Assembly (NCBI RefSeq): GCF_000025925.1
Contig: NC_014033.1
Span: 1,020,001 to 1,052,000, forward strand
Direction of reading: 5' to 3'
DNA length: 32,000 nucleotides
From: Xylanibacter ruminicola 23
Lineage (GTDB): Bacteria; Bacteroidota; Bacteroidia; Bacteroidales; Bacteroidaceae
Below the pieces are notes generated by a model that did not search any database, was not told the origin of the DNA, and was given only the letters and a program-made list of their open reading frames with translations. Positions 1-8,318 of this stretch are shown in pieces (position 1 is the first letter of the stretch; each line of letters begins with the position of its first letter). A program made the translations under genes and the position numbers.

Positions 1-753
1 CGTCTGCCTATCTATATCATGATAGCCGGAACGTTCTTCTCGTTGCAGTACCGCTCGTGGGTTTTGCTGTCGCTCTATGCCATCGGTATAGTAGTGTCGG
101 TAGTTGTCAGCAAAATCTTCTCATCGCTTGTTATCAAGGGCGAGGACACACCATTTGTGATGGAACTGCCACCTTATCGCTGGCCAACACCAAAGGCCAT
201 CTGGCGCCATACCTGGGAGAAAGGTAAGGAATACCTGAAGAAGATGGGAGGCATTATCCTGGTGGCCAGTATCATTGTATGGGCATTGGGCTACTTCCCA
301 CATAACGAGGACCTGCCACGCGAACAGCAGCAGGAGCAGAGCTATATCGGACGCATGGGTAAAACCATCGAGCCCATCTTCACCCCACAGGGCTTTAACT
401 GGAAACTGGACGTATCGCTGTTGGCTGGTGTAGGTGCCAAGGAGATTGTGGCTTCTACCATCGGCGTACTGTATAGTGGCGACGACAGCTTTGGCGACGA
501 CGACAGCTTTAGCGACGACACCGAGAAATACACCCGTCTGCGCCAGATGATGCTGAACGAGGGTATCACCCCACTGGCAGGCTATGCCTACCTGATATTT
601 ATTCTGCTGTACTTCCCCTGTATAGCTACCATTGCCGCCATCAAGCACGAAACAGGCTCGTGGCGCTGGGCCAGCTTTGCAGCCGTTTACACCACTGTGG
701 TGGCCTGGATAGCCAGTATGCTGGTGTTCCAGATTGGCAGTTTGCTGATATAA
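1..753 (+). CDS. feoB: Ferrous iron transporter FeoB, C-terminal membrane domain (5'-partial, gene starts upstream of the window)
   Basis: Frame 1 is open from nt 1 to TAA at 751-753. The translation (FVMELPPYRWPTPKAIWRHTWEKGKEYLKKMGGIIL..., several hydrophobic helices, ...YFPCIATIAAIKHETGSWRWA...) is the conserved FeoB C-terminal region. Confidence 0.85.
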   Translation, partial: RLPIYIMIAGTFFSLQYRSWVLLSLYAIGIVVSVVVSKIFSSLVIKGEDTPFVMELPPYRWPTPKAIWRHTWEKGKEYLKKMGGIILVASIIVWALGYFPHNEDLPREQQQEQSYIGRMGKTIEPIFTPQGFNWKLDVSLLAGVGAKEIVASTIGVLYSGDDSFGDDDSFSDDTEKYTRLRQMMLNEGITPLAGYAYLIFILLYFPCIATIAAIKHETGSWRWASFAAVYTTVVAWIASMLVFQIGSLLI

Positions 754-763
754 GTAGAATAAA

Positions 764-795
764 TTTGGTACTTTCGATATTTCTTTGTATCTTTG
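764..795 (+). promoter_or_regulatory. Bacteroidetes-type sigma-A promoter for the GH43-like gene
   Basis: TTTG at 764-767, 20-nt spacer, TATCTTTG (TAnnTTTG) at 788-795, 26 nt before the ATG at 822. Confidence 0.5.
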
Positions 796-821
796 TCGCC
801 GTTAAAACAATTTTACTAACG

Positions 822-1889
822 ATGAAGAAAAGATTACAATGGTTATTGGCAGCACTCTTGCTGGGCACGCCAAGCATCGGCTATGCCCAGAAAGGAAATC
901 TGCAGAAAGGTGACTATGGATTCCTGTATTGTCACATGAACGATCATGGGCGCGCATGGACAGCCTATGCCTTGAGTCGCGATGGTTTTCATTATAAGGA
1001 CCTGCTGAACGGCGACTCTATCTTCAGCGATGCTGAGCATGCCCGTATCGAAGGCGCCACACGCGATGCTTACATCTGTCGTAAGCACGATGGCAAAGGT
1101 TATCTGATGGTATGCACCGATATGAACGTAGGTGCCCGTAAACGTCTGGGTAAGGTTGAAACCTGGGATAACTACGGTATCGACCTGCTGCGTAGCGACG
1201 ACCTGATTCACTGGAAGTCGGTTACGTTCGACTATCGTAAGGGTACGCAGATATTCTCGGATCCCAACGCTCCCAGCGTATATAAGGACTGGAGTACCAT
1301 CAACCGCGTATGGGCACCACAGATAGTATGGGACGAGGATTATGTATGGCCTAACGGTAAGAAGGGCGGCTATATGGTTTACTACTCGATGCGTAACCGT
1401 GGCGAGGACCATTACGACCGCATGTACTACTCGTATGCCGACGAGACCTTTACTACCCTTACCCAGCCTAAGCTGCTGTTCGATTGGGGCTATGCCACCA
1501 TCGATGCCGATATCAACTGGGTTGAGGCCGACCAGAAGTGGCACATGATGATTAAGAAAGAAGGTGGTAAGGCCGGTTTGTTTACCGCTACAGCACCAAA
1601 GCTGACTGGACCATGGAGCGAGCCGGTAGAGGACGATTACGTGAACTTTGAGGGCAACAAGGCTTGTGAGGGTGTTAGCGCCTTCCAGTTGCCTGGACAG
1701 AAAACCTGGGTGATTGCCTACATCGAGTACTCGTCGAACCCACGTAACTACCGTCTGTGCCTGGCCGACGAGTACATGCGCAACTTCCACTCACCCCGTA
1801 ATATCGAGGGTGTGAAAGCGCCACAGCACGGATCGTTTATGCGCCTGACTAAGAAGGAGTACAAACGACTGGAGAAACTGTTGAAGTAA
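822..1889 (+). CDS. Secreted glycoside hydrolase, GH43-like five-bladed beta-propeller (355 aa)
   Basis: The start was moved to the ATG at 822, which gives a Sec signal (MKKRLQWLLAALLLGTPSIGYA/QK). The longer tracked ORF (from 660) overlaps the feoB 3' end. Motifs seen: ATRDAYI, VWAPQIVWDE, ACEGVSAF, in GH43-like spacing. The family call is from memory of motifs only. Confidence 0.6.
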   Translation: MKKRLQWLLAALLLGTPSIGYAQKGNLQKGDYGFLYCHMNDHGRAWTAYALSRDGFHYKDLLNGDSIFSDAEHARIEGATRDAYICRKHDGKGYLMVCTDMNVGARKRLGKVETWDNYGIDLLRSDDLIHWKSVTFDYRKGTQIFSDPNAPSVYKDWSTINRVWAPQIVWDEDYVWPNGKKGGYMVYYSMRNRGEDHYDRMYYSYADETFTTLTQPKLLFDWGYATIDADINWVEADQKWHMMIKKEGGKAGLFTATAPKLTGPWSEPVEDDYVNFEGNKACEGVSAFQLPGQKTWVIAYIEYSSNPRNYRLCLADEYMRNFHSPRNIEGVKAPQHGSFMRLTKKEYKRLEKLLK

Positions 1890-1895
1890 TCGTTG

Positions 1896-2483
1896 TTATC
1901 CGAATACAAAACGCAACGAGGCGTACAGCTGGATAGCAAAGAAATAGATGATAATCAGGGAAGAGCCCTGACGTAAACCATAGGAGAGGATGTCGAGCAC
2001 ATCTTCTCCTTTTTGTTTGTTGCCCGAGATAATGCCATACACCACCGAGAACAGTGTAATGCCAAAGCAGATGATAGGCACCAGACCACGACTGAATGCC
2101 GATGGGAACAGATGGCCGCTGAACGACAGAAGTATGGCATGGGGCATCAGGGTAAGCATGGAGATAACCAAGGCGTAGAGCACCACAAAAACGATGGCTA
2201 CACGCAGTGCCAGACGGTTACGGAACGATGCCTCGCCCCTGGCGGTGAAATGCCGCAACACCCCACTCTGCTTTAAGCTACCGCCAGCAATGAGTGCTAA
2301 CAGTAGCCAAGCCAGCAGTGGATTGGCAATGATGTTGGAGAACCCGCCAAAAAACCAGCGTATGCCCTCGGATGAGAGCATAGAGCGTACACCCTCGATA
2401 CGGGCTGCGGAGAGCAACCACGACACGATGACCAGCACACACTCGGCCACCAACAACCCCATGCATACACGACTACTCTTCAT
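1896..2483 (-). CDS. Small polytopic membrane protein (195 aa, about 5 TM), possibly AbgT-like; last gene of the sensor kinase operon
   Basis: The start overlaps the response regulator stop by 11 nt. About five hydrophobic helices. By-eye resemblance of LSSEGIRWFFGGF...LLALIAGGSLKQSGVL and PSAFSRGLVPIICFGITLFSVVYGI to AbgT/MtrF-family motifs (unverified). Confidence 0.6.
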   Translation of the reverse strand: MKSSRVCMGLLVAECVLVIVSWLLSAARIEGVRSMLSSEGIRWFFGGFSNIIANPLLAWLLLALIAGGSLKQSGVLRHFTARGEASFRNRLALRVAIVFVVLYALVISMLTLMPHAILLSFSGHLFPSAFSRGLVPIICFGITLFSVVYGIISGNKQKGEDVLDILSYGLRQGSSLIIIYFFAIQLYASLRFVFG

Positions 2484-3192
2484 CGGCTTCGAGATTATCG
2501 ATATCCAGAATACGCAGCTCTAAAGCACGTACCACCAAACGGGTGGCGTTGATACCGCTGGCACCCTCGGGGAACAGCTTCTGAATCAACTCGTTCTGAC
2601 GCTTTTCCAGGCTCTTCACGCCAAAAGGCATGCCGCGCAGGTTGGTAATCTGCTCCTTGGTAAAACCTAAGGCTAGATGGCGCAGGAATCGCTCGTCGTA
2701 CTCGTCTATCTCGTAGTTTACCAGGGCCTCCTGCTTAACCAGTTCGCCACTAACGGCACGCTTAAAGCGCTCTACAATCTTTTCGAGGATAGGCTCGTTG
2801 AACACCAGCTGTTTGCCATCCATCACGGCCGATACATCGCGACGTGTGAGCAGCTCGCCTGTCTTCAGGATGATACCATCGGCACCAGCATCGAGCACAT
2901 CAACCCACAGCTTCTCGTTCAGTATCTCACCAGTAAAAATCAGCACCTTTACATCGGGATGTACCTCCTTGGTGTGGCGGCAGATTTCTACACCTACGGT
3001 AGTAGAACCACCCAGACCCAAATCGAGCAGCACCAGGTCGGGCTTCTGCTGCTTGATGAGGCGCCAGTAGGCCTGCTCGTTCTCGGCTGTTCCAATCACT
3101 TCGGCCTCGGGAATATCACTCTTCACGATGCCAAGGGTGCCCTTAAGCTCCAGGGGCACATCTTCTACTATTATTACTTTGAAGTTTTCCAT
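2473..3192 (-). CDS. Response regulator, REC domain plus LuxR/FixJ-type HTH (239 aa)
   Basis: N-terminal receiver (KVIIVEDVP..., phospho-acceptor context DLVLLDLGL, ...KVLIFTG). C-terminal GerE-like helix-turn-helix (FLRHLALGFTKEQIT...VKSLEKRQNELIQKL...NATRLVVRALELRIL). The start overlaps the kinase stop by 19 nt. Confidence 0.85.
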   Translation of the reverse strand: MENFKVIIVEDVPLELKGTLGIVKSDIPEAEVIGTAENEQAYWRLIKQQKPDLVLLDLGLGGSTTVGVEICRHTKEVHPDVKVLIFTGEILNEKLWVDVLDAGADGIILKTGELLTRRDVSAVMDGKQLVFNEPILEKIVERFKRAVSGELVKQEALVNYEIDEYDERFLRHLALGFTKEQITNLRGMPFGVKSLEKRQNELIQKLFPEGASGINATRLVVRALELRILDIDNLEADEE

Positions 3193-6100
3193 ACGCTTGG
3201 TAATGTTATAATCATATTTGTTGTATTGTCTTGTATAGTGGCATAGATACCGCAGCCACGGCGGTTGGTGGCTTCACCAAGGTCGCGTACTATCTGGCGG
3301 CACAGCAGGTAAGGCAGATGATCCTTCGAGGGCGTGAACAGATCGGCAGCCTGACTCTCGGTAAGCTTGAGTTGAGGCATGGGCACACGCACCTCGATAT
3401 AACCGCCATCGCGTGGCGTATATTCGGGCTGCAGCTTGGCACCGGCCTGTTTGCGCAGGATATCAAAGAGATAGCGCACCAAAGTTTCGTCGCCTAGGAT
3501 ACTATGATGCAACGGCTTGAGATGCAAGCGGGTGCGCTCGGTTTGGCGTAAGGCCTGCTGCGACAGAACACCGTAAAGCTCACGGTAATAGGTGGTTACC
3601 TCGCCTAACGATTCCATGTCGCCCGTATCAAGCAGCTGCTGGATGCGCGAGGGATAGTACATGGTTTCGTGCTTAAGAGCCGACAAGCAGTTGTCGAGTA
3701 CGGCATTCGATACATGCAGGTTGCTATCGTCAAGCTCGGCACGGCGCAACTCATCGTCGAGCAGTTCCAGATCGGTAATACGCTGCTGTTCGCGTAAGAA
3801 CCTGTCATACAGGCGGTGACGGTAATACAGCAGGTAATAAGCGGGCACGATGGATATCATCAGCAGTATCAGCAGGATGATAGCTATCGTTTTGTTGGTT
3901 TGCGACTGCTGCATGTTTCTACAGTAATCGCCCAATGTATTATCGGCCGACATCTCCTTAAACAGCTGTGTGTAGATGCGGTTGTTGTAGCTGTAAAGCT
4001 GCCACTCGTGCAGTGCCAGGGCTGCCACAGCACTCTCGTTACGGATGTCGAGAATGATGTGATAGTTGGTGTTGAGGCTATCGTGGAACCACTTGATTTC
4101 GGGTGGCATGAGCGATGGGTTACCCATCCGTCGCATCAGGTATCTACCACGTGGCACTTGCTGACGGTAATGCAGGTTCAGGTAGTATCTACAGGTATCG
4201 GCAAAGCGCAGTGTACGCTCGTAATTGCCGTTGATATTGCTGAAGTAAGCCGAATCGGAATAGATACTGGCCATACCTAAGGCGTCAATCTCAGGCTGCT
4301 GGGCCATCATCTGCATGGGCAGCATCGACAGCAGCACAATAATCAGTCGGGCTATGCCGCGTGGCAGTCTGAAGAACAGTCGTGAGCCCTTGCCCAAACT
4401 GCTGGTAGCACCAATTTTGCACACAGAGAATATCTGACTGATCTTACGGTACTTCTCGATGATACCCTTACAGTTAAGCAATCCAAAGCCATGACCTTCG
4501 ACTATTTTATGATCGAAGAGATGATCAAGCTGCTCCTGAGTCATACCCATACCGGTATCCTCAACAGCTATCTCAACATAATCATTGGTTTGTGTAGCTG
4601 ATACATTCACCCTACCCTCACGGTCGGTAAACTTACGGGCGTTATCGGCCAGGGTGTTCAGCATAAACAGTGTCAGCACGCGGTCGGCCTTTACAACGGC
4701 CTCTGTGGACTCTACGTTCAGTTCTACGCCCTTCATTTGGAACGAGGTGCGCCCCTTAAGCAGCACATCAAACAAAGGCTGTAACGGGAAACTCTCGATG
4801 TGTAGACTGAGTTCGCCCTGGCGTAGCTGTATCCAGTACGTCAGCACATCGTTGTAAGAGTTAATCTGATTGATGAGCTCACGGATATAAGTTAATCGTT
4901 CCTCGCGGTTAGAACTATCAGTTTCCAGCCTAGAAACCTCGTGGATGATGCGATCGATGAATGGTGTGGTATTGCATACCAACGACACCTTAGCGCGCTG
5001 CTCCAGGTTGCGGCGCTCGTTGTTCTCAACCTGCAACAGCTGGGCAGCCAGTTGCTCGTTCTTTTGCTCAAACAGGTTATCGGGCTCATCAGGCTGCGAT
5101 TTCTTCTTGTTCAGGTAGTTAAACAGCCACAACGAGAATAACAGCAGGATGATGGCCGCTACAACGAGTATGAGCATCAGGTTAAGCTGTGTAAGCTGTC
5201 GTTCGTACTGGTAGGCACGGGCCTCAAGCTGACGGTCCTGACGGGTAGTCTCCTGCAGGTCGAGGTACAAATTGCGGTTCTCGTCGCTCTGCTGCTTATC
5301 ATCAATGGCAGCGTAAGCCACACTGAGCTGTTCGCGGATAGATGCCACCAGGTCAGGAGCCTGATTGATGATGGAATCCGACAGAGCCTGCTCCAGATTA
5401 AAAAGTGCCGAACGGTAGTCGCCTATCTGTCGGAAACACGATGCCAGCGTACGGTAGGCACCGGCTATCTGGTACACATCGCCATAGCGCTCAAAGATAT
5501 TCAAGGCATTCTCGGCCAGGAAGCCTGGCAGTACCTCCTCTTCTACCCCTAAGGGATTGATAAACTTGAAAGCAGGCAGGTTATCGTCGATCAGTTGACG
5601 ACGATATGTGGGATCCATCAGATGCTCTGAAAGGGCCTCGAGGGCATTGGCGGCAAAATATGGGTAATCGCCTTTACGTGCCGTGAGGAAGCAGCGCATC
5701 AGCTTATCGAACTCCTCTTGGTTAATCTCCTGTTGGGTTCCCTGCGTGATAATACCACCGGCACCGATGTTATACAGATAGTTGAGGTATTGTGCTGTAT
5801 CGCGCTGTACTTCTTCGGGATTGATGGCATTAAGTGCATCAATCGACTGCTGCTCGAGTCCTACATAATAATAGTAGGTAGAGTTTACGATGGCATATTC
5901 GGTTTCGGCATACAGCAGCAAACGTTCATCGCGCTCGGTAAGCTGGTTGCGCTCTTCGTTGATACGCTGCATGGTACGGTCGGCCATCTCACGGAACTCG
6001 TGGAAAGCACGGTTGTTGGAGCGGCGCTGACAAAGGCGCATCTGCTGAACGTAAGCTATCAGGTGCTGCAGCTGGTTATCGGTTGTTTCGATAACATCGT

Positions 6101-6353
6101 TTAATTGCTGTTCGGCATCATTGTAACGCATACGTACAATGTTGACGAAAGCCATATTGTTGAGAGCCTCTGCACGACCAGCTGGATAATTGGCTGCCAG
6201 TTCGTACGAACGGCGTGCAATGGCTTCGGTAGAGTCGAGATTACGATAGTGATAGGCATAGGATTGAGAATTCAGCTTGTCGACCGCTTGCCTATCAGGG
6301 CGTGCACAAGCTGAGATCAAGATGGTTGATAATATGAATAGCCAGAATTTCAT
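3174..6353 (-). CDS. Lipoprotein-anchored TPR-like sensor histidine kinase fused to a second degenerate kinase-like module (1059 aa)
   Basis: Lipobox MKFWLFILSTILISAC. Helical repeat region aa 20-385. TM aa 391-413. H-box IIHEVSRL (His471). HATPase boxes LADNARKF, EDTGMGM, GHGFGLL. Internal signal-peptide-like segment aa 668-685. TM aa 822-844. Second H-box LKHETMYYPSRI (His895). C-terminal ATPase-like fold lacking G boxes. Confidence 0.85.
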   Translation of the reverse strand: MKFWLFILSTILISACARPDRQAVDKLNSQSYAYHYRNLDSTEAIARRSYELAANYPAGRAEALNNMAFVNIVRMRYNDAEQQLNDVIETTDNQLQHLIAYVQQMRLCQRRSNNRAFHEFREMADRTMQRINEERNQLTERDERLLLYAETEYAIVNSTYYYYVGLEQQSIDALNAINPEEVQRDTAQYLNYLYNIGAGGIITQGTQQEINQEEFDKLMRCFLTARKGDYPYFAANALEALSEHLMDPTYRRQLIDDNLPAFKFINPLGVEEEVLPGFLAENALNIFERYGDVYQIAGAYRTLASCFRQIGDYRSALFNLEQALSDSIINQAPDLVASIREQLSVAYAAIDDKQQSDENRNLYLDLQETTRQDRQLEARAYQYERQLTQLNLMLILVVAAIILLLFSLWLFNYLNKKKSQPDEPDNLFEQKNEQLAAQLLQVENNERRNLEQRAKVSLVCNTTPFIDRIIHEVSRLETDSSNREERLTYIRELINQINSYNDVLTYWIQLRQGELSLHIESFPLQPLFDVLLKGRTSFQMKGVELNVESTEAVVKADRVLTLFMLNTLADNARKFTDREGRVNVSATQTNDYVEIAVEDTGMGMTQEQLDHLFDHKIVEGHGFGLLNCKGIIEKYRKISQIFSVCKIGATSSLGKGSRLFFRLPRGIARLIIVLLSMLPMQMMAQQPEIDALGMASIYSDSAYFSNINGNYERTLRFADTCRYYLNLHYRQQVPRGRYLMRRMGNPSLMPPEIKWFHDSLNTNYHIILDIRNESAVAALALHEWQLYSYNNRIYTQLFKEMSADNTLGDYCRNMQQSQTNKTIAIILLILLMISIVPAYYLLYYRHRLYDRFLREQQRITDLELLDDELRRAELDDSNLHVSNAVLDNCLSALKHETMYYPSRIQQLLDTGDMESLGEVTTYYRELYGVLSQQALRQTERTRLHLKPLHHSILGDETLVRYLFDILRKQAGAKLQPEYTPRDGGYIEVRVPMPQLKLTESQAADLFTPSKDHLPYLLCRQIVRDLGEATNRRGCGIYATIQDNTTNMIITLPSVWKTSK

Positions 6354-6360
6354 GTTAGTT

Positions 6361-6402
6361 AAAAAACGAATCCCCCTCGCTCACTTTTTCGGAGCGAGAG
6401 GG
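6361..6402 (-). terminator. Intrinsic terminator after eda
   Basis: Minus-strand RNA is CCCUCUCGCUC-CGAAAAAGU-GAGCGAGGGGG: 7 bp, one mismatch, then 3 bp (arms at 6372-6382 and 6392-6402). It is followed by AUUCGUUUUUU (6361-6371). It lies 12 nt after the eda stop. Confidence 0.7.
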
Positions 6403-6413
6403 ATGATATTGTA

Positions 6414-7082
6414 TTAAGCACGGGCCTTAGCGATGTAACCGAGTGCCTCTTTGCACTTATCGGTAACATACTGCCAATCGCCGGCCTTAACCTTATCGCT
6501 TGGGAAGAGCTTTGAGCCCATTCCAACGCAGTAAACACCTGCCTTGAACCACTTAGTGAGGTTCTCCTCCTCAGGAGCAACACCACCAGTAACCATGATC
6601 TTCGACCAAGGCATTGGAGCCTTCAGACCCTTAACCATGTTAGGACCTACTACATCGCCAGGGAATACCTTGGTGAGGTCGCAACCCAACTCCTGAGCCT
6701 TACCAATCTCGCTAACGGTCATACAGCCTGGGCAGTATGGAACCAGACGACGATTACATACAGGCGCAATCTCGGGGTTGAACAGAGGACCTACAACGAA
6801 GCAGGCACCCAGCTGCAGGTACATAGCTGCTGTGGGGGCATCAACAACTGAACCGATACCCAGAGCCAGCTCAGGGCACTCCTTATCGGCCCACTTTACC
6901 AACTCGCCAAATACCTCCTGAGCAAAGTCGCCACGGTTAGTGAACTCGAAAGCACGAACACCACCCTCGTAGCAAGCCTTTACTACATTCTTACAAACTT
7001 CGACGTCCTTGTTATAGAAAACAGGAACCATAGGTGCTGCGGCAATCTTTGCCATCACCTGCAATTTATCAAACTTTGCCAT
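6414..7082 (-). CDS. eda: 2-dehydro-3-deoxyphosphogluconate / 4-hydroxy-2-oxoglutarate aldolase (222 aa)
   Basis: The translation is typical of KDPG aldolase ([24 protein letters not shown]..., [11 protein letters not shown], ...[26 protein letters not shown]). ATG at 7080-7082 is preferred over the TTG at 7089-7091 that the ORF track uses. Confidence 0.9.
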   Translation of the reverse strand: MAKFDKLQVMAKIAAAPMVPVFYNKDVEVCKNVVKACYEGGVRAFEFTNRGDFAQEVFGELVKWADKECPELALGIGSVVDAPTAAMYLQLGACFVVGPLFNPEIAPVCNRRLVPYCPGCMTVSEIGKAQELGCDLTKVFPGDVVGPNMVKGLKAPMPWSKIMVTGGVAPEEENLTKWFKAGVYCVGMGSKLFPSDKVKAGDWQYVTDKCKEALGYIAKARA

Positions 7083-7112
7083 AATTGTCAATCTTCAATT
7101 TTCAATTTACAA

Positions 7113-8135
7113 TTAACGCTGTACACGTCCATTGGCATTACCACCAGCCAAACTCTCAACCTCGTCAACTGATACCAGATTGAAGTCGCCATTGATAGTG
7201 TGCTTCAGAGCCGAAGCAGCAACAGCAAACTCGAGAGCCTCGCCCTGAGTAGCCTTGGTGAGCAGACCATGAATCAAACCACCTGAGAAAGAGTCGCCAC
7301 CACCAACACGGTCGATGATTGGATTAATCTCGTAGCGCTTGCTCTGGTAGAACTCCTTACCATTATAGATAAGAGCCTTCCAACCATTGAAGGTTGCGCT
7401 GTAGCTCTCGCGGAGTGTAGAAACAACATACTTGAAACCAAACTCCTGCATCATCTGCTTGAAGATGCCCTCGTAACCGGCTGCATCAGTCTGACCACCC
7501 TCTACATCAGCATCGGGCTTGAATCCGAGACAAAGCTCAGCATCCTCTTCGTTACCAATACAAACATCAACATATTTCATCAATGGGCGCATGATTGAAA
7601 TGGCCTTCTCGCTGGTCCACAGCTTCTTACGGAAGTTCAGGTCAACTGATACTGTTACACCATGGCGCTTTGCAGCCTCACAAGCCAGCTTGGTGAGCTC
7701 GGCAGCCTTATCGCTGATAGCTGGGGTGATACCACTCCAGTGGAACCAGGCAGCACCCTCCATGATAGCGTCGAAATCGAAATCTGAAGGATCGGCCTCG
7801 GCGATTGATGAATGAGCACGGTCGTAAATAACCTTTGATGGACGCATTGAAGCACCTGTCTCAGCATAGTACAAACCTACACGGTCGCCACCACGAGCAA
7901 CGAACTGGGTGTTTACACCATAACGACGAAGTGCGTTAACTGCAATCTGTCCGATTTCGTGCTTAGGCAACTTAGATACGAAGTAAGCCTCGTGACCGTA
8001 GTTGGCCACCGAAATTGCTACGTTAGCCTCACCACCACCAGGGATGATGCGGAATGACTCACTCTGAATGAAACGGTCGTTGCCCTGAGGCGAGAGGCGA
8101 AGCATAATTTCGCCCAAAGTTACAATTTTTGCCAT
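7113..8135 (-). CDS. kdgK: 2-dehydro-3-deoxygluconokinase (PfkB family, 340 aa)
   Basis: PfkB sugar kinase signatures (MAKIVTLGEIMLRLSP..., GGGEANVA, C-terminal DRVGGGDSFSGGLIHGL), and it sits directly upstream of eda. Confidence 0.9.
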   Translation of the reverse strand: MAKIVTLGEIMLRLSPQGNDRFIQSESFRIIPGGGEANVAISVANYGHEAYFVSKLPKHEIGQIAVNALRRYGVNTQFVARGGDRVGLYYAETGASMRPSKVIYDRAHSSIAEADPSDFDFDAIMEGAAWFHWSGITPAISDKAAELTKLACEAAKRHGVTVSVDLNFRKKLWTSEKAISIMRPLMKYVDVCIGNEEDAELCLGFKPDADVEGGQTDAAGYEGIFKQMMQEFGFKYVVSTLRESYSATFNGWKALIYNGKEFYQSKRYEINPIIDRVGGGDSFSGGLIHGLLTKATQGEALEFAVAASALKHTINGDFNLVSVDEVESLAGGNANGRVQR

Positions 8136-8189
8136 TGCTTTGTTTGATTTTTTTGATATATTTTCAACTTATTTTGTTCGTTTGTGAGG

Positions 8190-8221
8190 CAAAGATAGGA
8201 AGTTTTTTTGAGCCACGCAAA
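8190..8221 (-). promoter_or_regulatory. Promoter of kdgK-eda
   Basis: On the minus strand: TTTG (rc of 8218-8221), 20-nt spacer, TATCTTTG (rc of 8190-8197), about 55 nt upstream of the kdgK ATG. Confidence 0.55.
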
Positions 8222-8246
8222 TTTTTAGCAGGTTTTGTGCTAAAAA
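8222..8246. promoter_or_regulatory. Perfect 9-bp inverted repeat (TTTTTAGCA-7 nt-TGCTAAAAA) abutting the kdgK -33 element; candidate operator
   Basis: The arms at 8222-8230 and 8238-8246 are exact reverse complements. The repeat lies between the divergent kdgK and lacI-family promoters. Confidence 0.3.
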
Positions 8247-8287
8247 ACTTACGGAAACGATTTCGAAGCAAATAAATGACTAAGAAA

Positions 8288-8318
8288 TTTGGAAAATCAG
8301 AAATTATTTGTACCTTTG
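8288..8318 (+). promoter_or_regulatory. Promoter of the lacI-family/uxaA operon
   Basis: TTTG at 8288-8291, 19-nt spacer, TACCTTTG at 8311-8318, 17 nt before the ATG at 8336. Confidence 0.6.

Noticed and set aside
660-821. N-terminal extensions of tracked ORFs: 660-821, 7083-7091, 8276-8335, 13809-13958, 13862-13885, 16620-16697, 20363-20428.
   Set aside because: The extensions overlap upstream genes or the promoter boxes themselves. In each case a downstream ATG gives a proper signal peptide or domain start and sits at the expected distance from a TAnnTTTG box.
843-1790. 315-aa ORF antisense to the GH43-like gene. Similar long antisense ORFs occur at 121-648, 2677-3246, 8768-9262, 9448-9993, 18273-18770, 22094-22603, 22994-23548, 24925-25485 and 30438-30932.
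   Set aside because: Each lies entirely inside a gene with a clear homology-type signature on the other strand. None has a promoter or signal context. Their compositions (rich in V, L, G, Q, H, low complexity) are typical of shadow frames of codon-biased genes.
6359-6586. 75-aa minus-strand ORF overlapping the eda 3' end and the terminator.
   Set aside because: It is out of frame within eda and runs through the terminator hairpin. It has no start context.
7083-7112. CAAT-rich periodic sequence (TCAATCTTCAATTTTCAATTTACAATT) between kdgK and eda.
   Set aside because: It is only 30 nt of AT-rich spacer in front of a start codon. It is most simply an unstructured translation-initiation region, which is typical for Bacteroidota because they lack strong Shine-Dalgarno sites.
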